Of a stretch of DNA of 64,000 bases, positions 62,561 through 64,000 are shown piece by piece. Positions within the stretch are counted from its first letter, which is position 1. Each line of letters starts with the position of its first letter. Made by a program: the position numbers and the translations under genes. The notes beneath the pieces were generated by a model that did not search any database, was not told the DNA's origin, and saw only the letters and a list, made by a program, of their open reading frames with translations. Source of the stretch: Takakia lepidozioides (taxonomy: Eukaryota > Plantae > Bryophyta); contig CM060732.1 of assembly GCA_030704615.1 (NCBI GenBank), positions 12,090,001 to 12,154,000 of the forward strand, written 5' to 3'.

Positions 62561-64000
62561 TTTCTAGGCACATGCTGAAACTCGTTCTCTGTAAAATCTT
62601 TCATCTCCAATTTTTGGAGACATTTGTTTTTTTGGAAGACCTCCTGGAGCAACAGATCCATTAGTTATTTATTTATCTCATGCATTTTTCTTTGGTGGAG
62701 TTCACAAGTAGTCACAGTACTTTGTAGAGTTTAATGGTTGGAGAAGACCGGAGTCACATCAAGAAAATGAAGCATCTGCTGAAGAAAGGGTCCCTCGATT
62801 CCAATCAACAAATCCACGATATTGAGGCAGTTAATATCGCAGCAAACATCGTGGCTACTGAAGTGGAAGCGGGCTCTCAAATATTCTTTTCCCACGACCT
62901 ATGAGGCTGCCTTCGAAAACCTAGTATCATCAGAAATTGAAATTGAAAGTGCATGATATTAAATTGGAAGTGTCATGCGACGAATTGTCCATCGAGTGTC
63001 CATGACACTTGTTCGTTGCCCAGGAGTTGGTGTCTGGCCAGGAGATCTTTATTTGTGCACACGTTCAAGAGACTTGGTCTCTAAGTTAGGTAGCGCGCGG
63101 TGTTTGTGCAATATTAACCTTTCTCTTAAGTGTTTTCTTGGTTGCAGACTTCCATATGAAACGTCGTCCAATGGGTATACACTTCTTCAGTTCTTCTATA
63201 TAGTCGGCTTCCCCTTGTGGCTCATAGCGTTCATCCCTGCACATTGAAAATAGAGCAATCATAACACACGTCACAATATGCGTTGAGGGTCGGCAAATTA
63301 GAGTGTATTGATAGAGCAAGGAAGATGTCATTGCAGTTTTGATGATGGAATTTGACGCTATAGAATAAGGTTTTCTCAAATTTTTGAGCATAGGCTATCG
63401 CTTTTGTTATTAGGTTTGCGTAGAAGGTAGGAAGGTGATTGATCAGAAGAAACAATAAAGCAATATTTTCTCATAGATGTCTTTTGTCTTCCAACGCAAC
63501 ACGATCGTGCTGCCTTCATGATCAAACAGAAAAGCCCCCAAGAAACATCTCCCTTTCCCAGATAAAGTTTTTTTACATCTTCATGACATTGCTCATCGTG
63601 TCTCATGTTTGTGGTGAAGAACCTCTTAAGGCGGGGATCCTCCATATGATTGAACCACTCGCGCATTAATCTCATGTTAGTGTTATAGATTTTCCACTGT
63701 GCAGGTTAATACTTCCTTAAGTATGCTTTTCCATGTATGACATCGCAAACGCTTTTTGAGGGCTTCTTTCCAAAGAGACGCTCGTAAGTAGGAACAACTT
63801 GAATATAAGCGTCTTCCGGCAAGGGGACAAGCTCCTTGAAACTCAAACACGGAAGAGTATTAGTAAATCAAATGTATTGTGTGAAAAGCTGATTAATAAT
63901 GGTAAGATATTTCACTATCACTATCAAAGAATTATCTACTTGGTTTTTTTAGGTTATGTAGATAATGACAAGACAACAAGAGGGAGACAAGGTGGAGAGT

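Noticed and set aside
59040-64000. Fragmentary ORFs, for example 63086-63675 on the minus strand
   Set aside because: Too decayed to assign by eye; probably old transposon debris

Overview
Eukaryotic, transposon-dense DNA. It most likely comes from a non-seed land plant with flagellated sperm (bryophyte, lycophyte or fern). This is inferred from PLS-type PPR fragments, a Tcn1-like chromovirus, RTEX/L2-like LINEs and a HYLS1-like centriole gene. Positions 1-43 kb form a nested transposon cluster: L1-type LINE remnants, at least four Ty3/gypsy elements, CACTA non-autonomous elements (one nested in another and carrying PPR-derived cargo), a 4-bp-TSD MITE and an RTEX/L2-like LINE. One probable host gene (HYLS1-like, minus strand, about 44.3-51.2 kb) follows. 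After it come a CACTA MITE, a spliced and apparently intact pogo/DDE_1 transposase, a Tigger-like deletion derivative and decayed AT-rich DNA. The main finding is a degenerate gypsy element (minus strand, about 16.2-29.8 kb) whose polyprotein carries a DNMT3-like cytosine-5 DNA methyltransferase domain (motifs I, IV, VI, VIII, IX, X) between the protease and the reverse transcriptase, in frame with the protease. A young chromovirus has inserted into its gag. All calls were made by eye without database searches.
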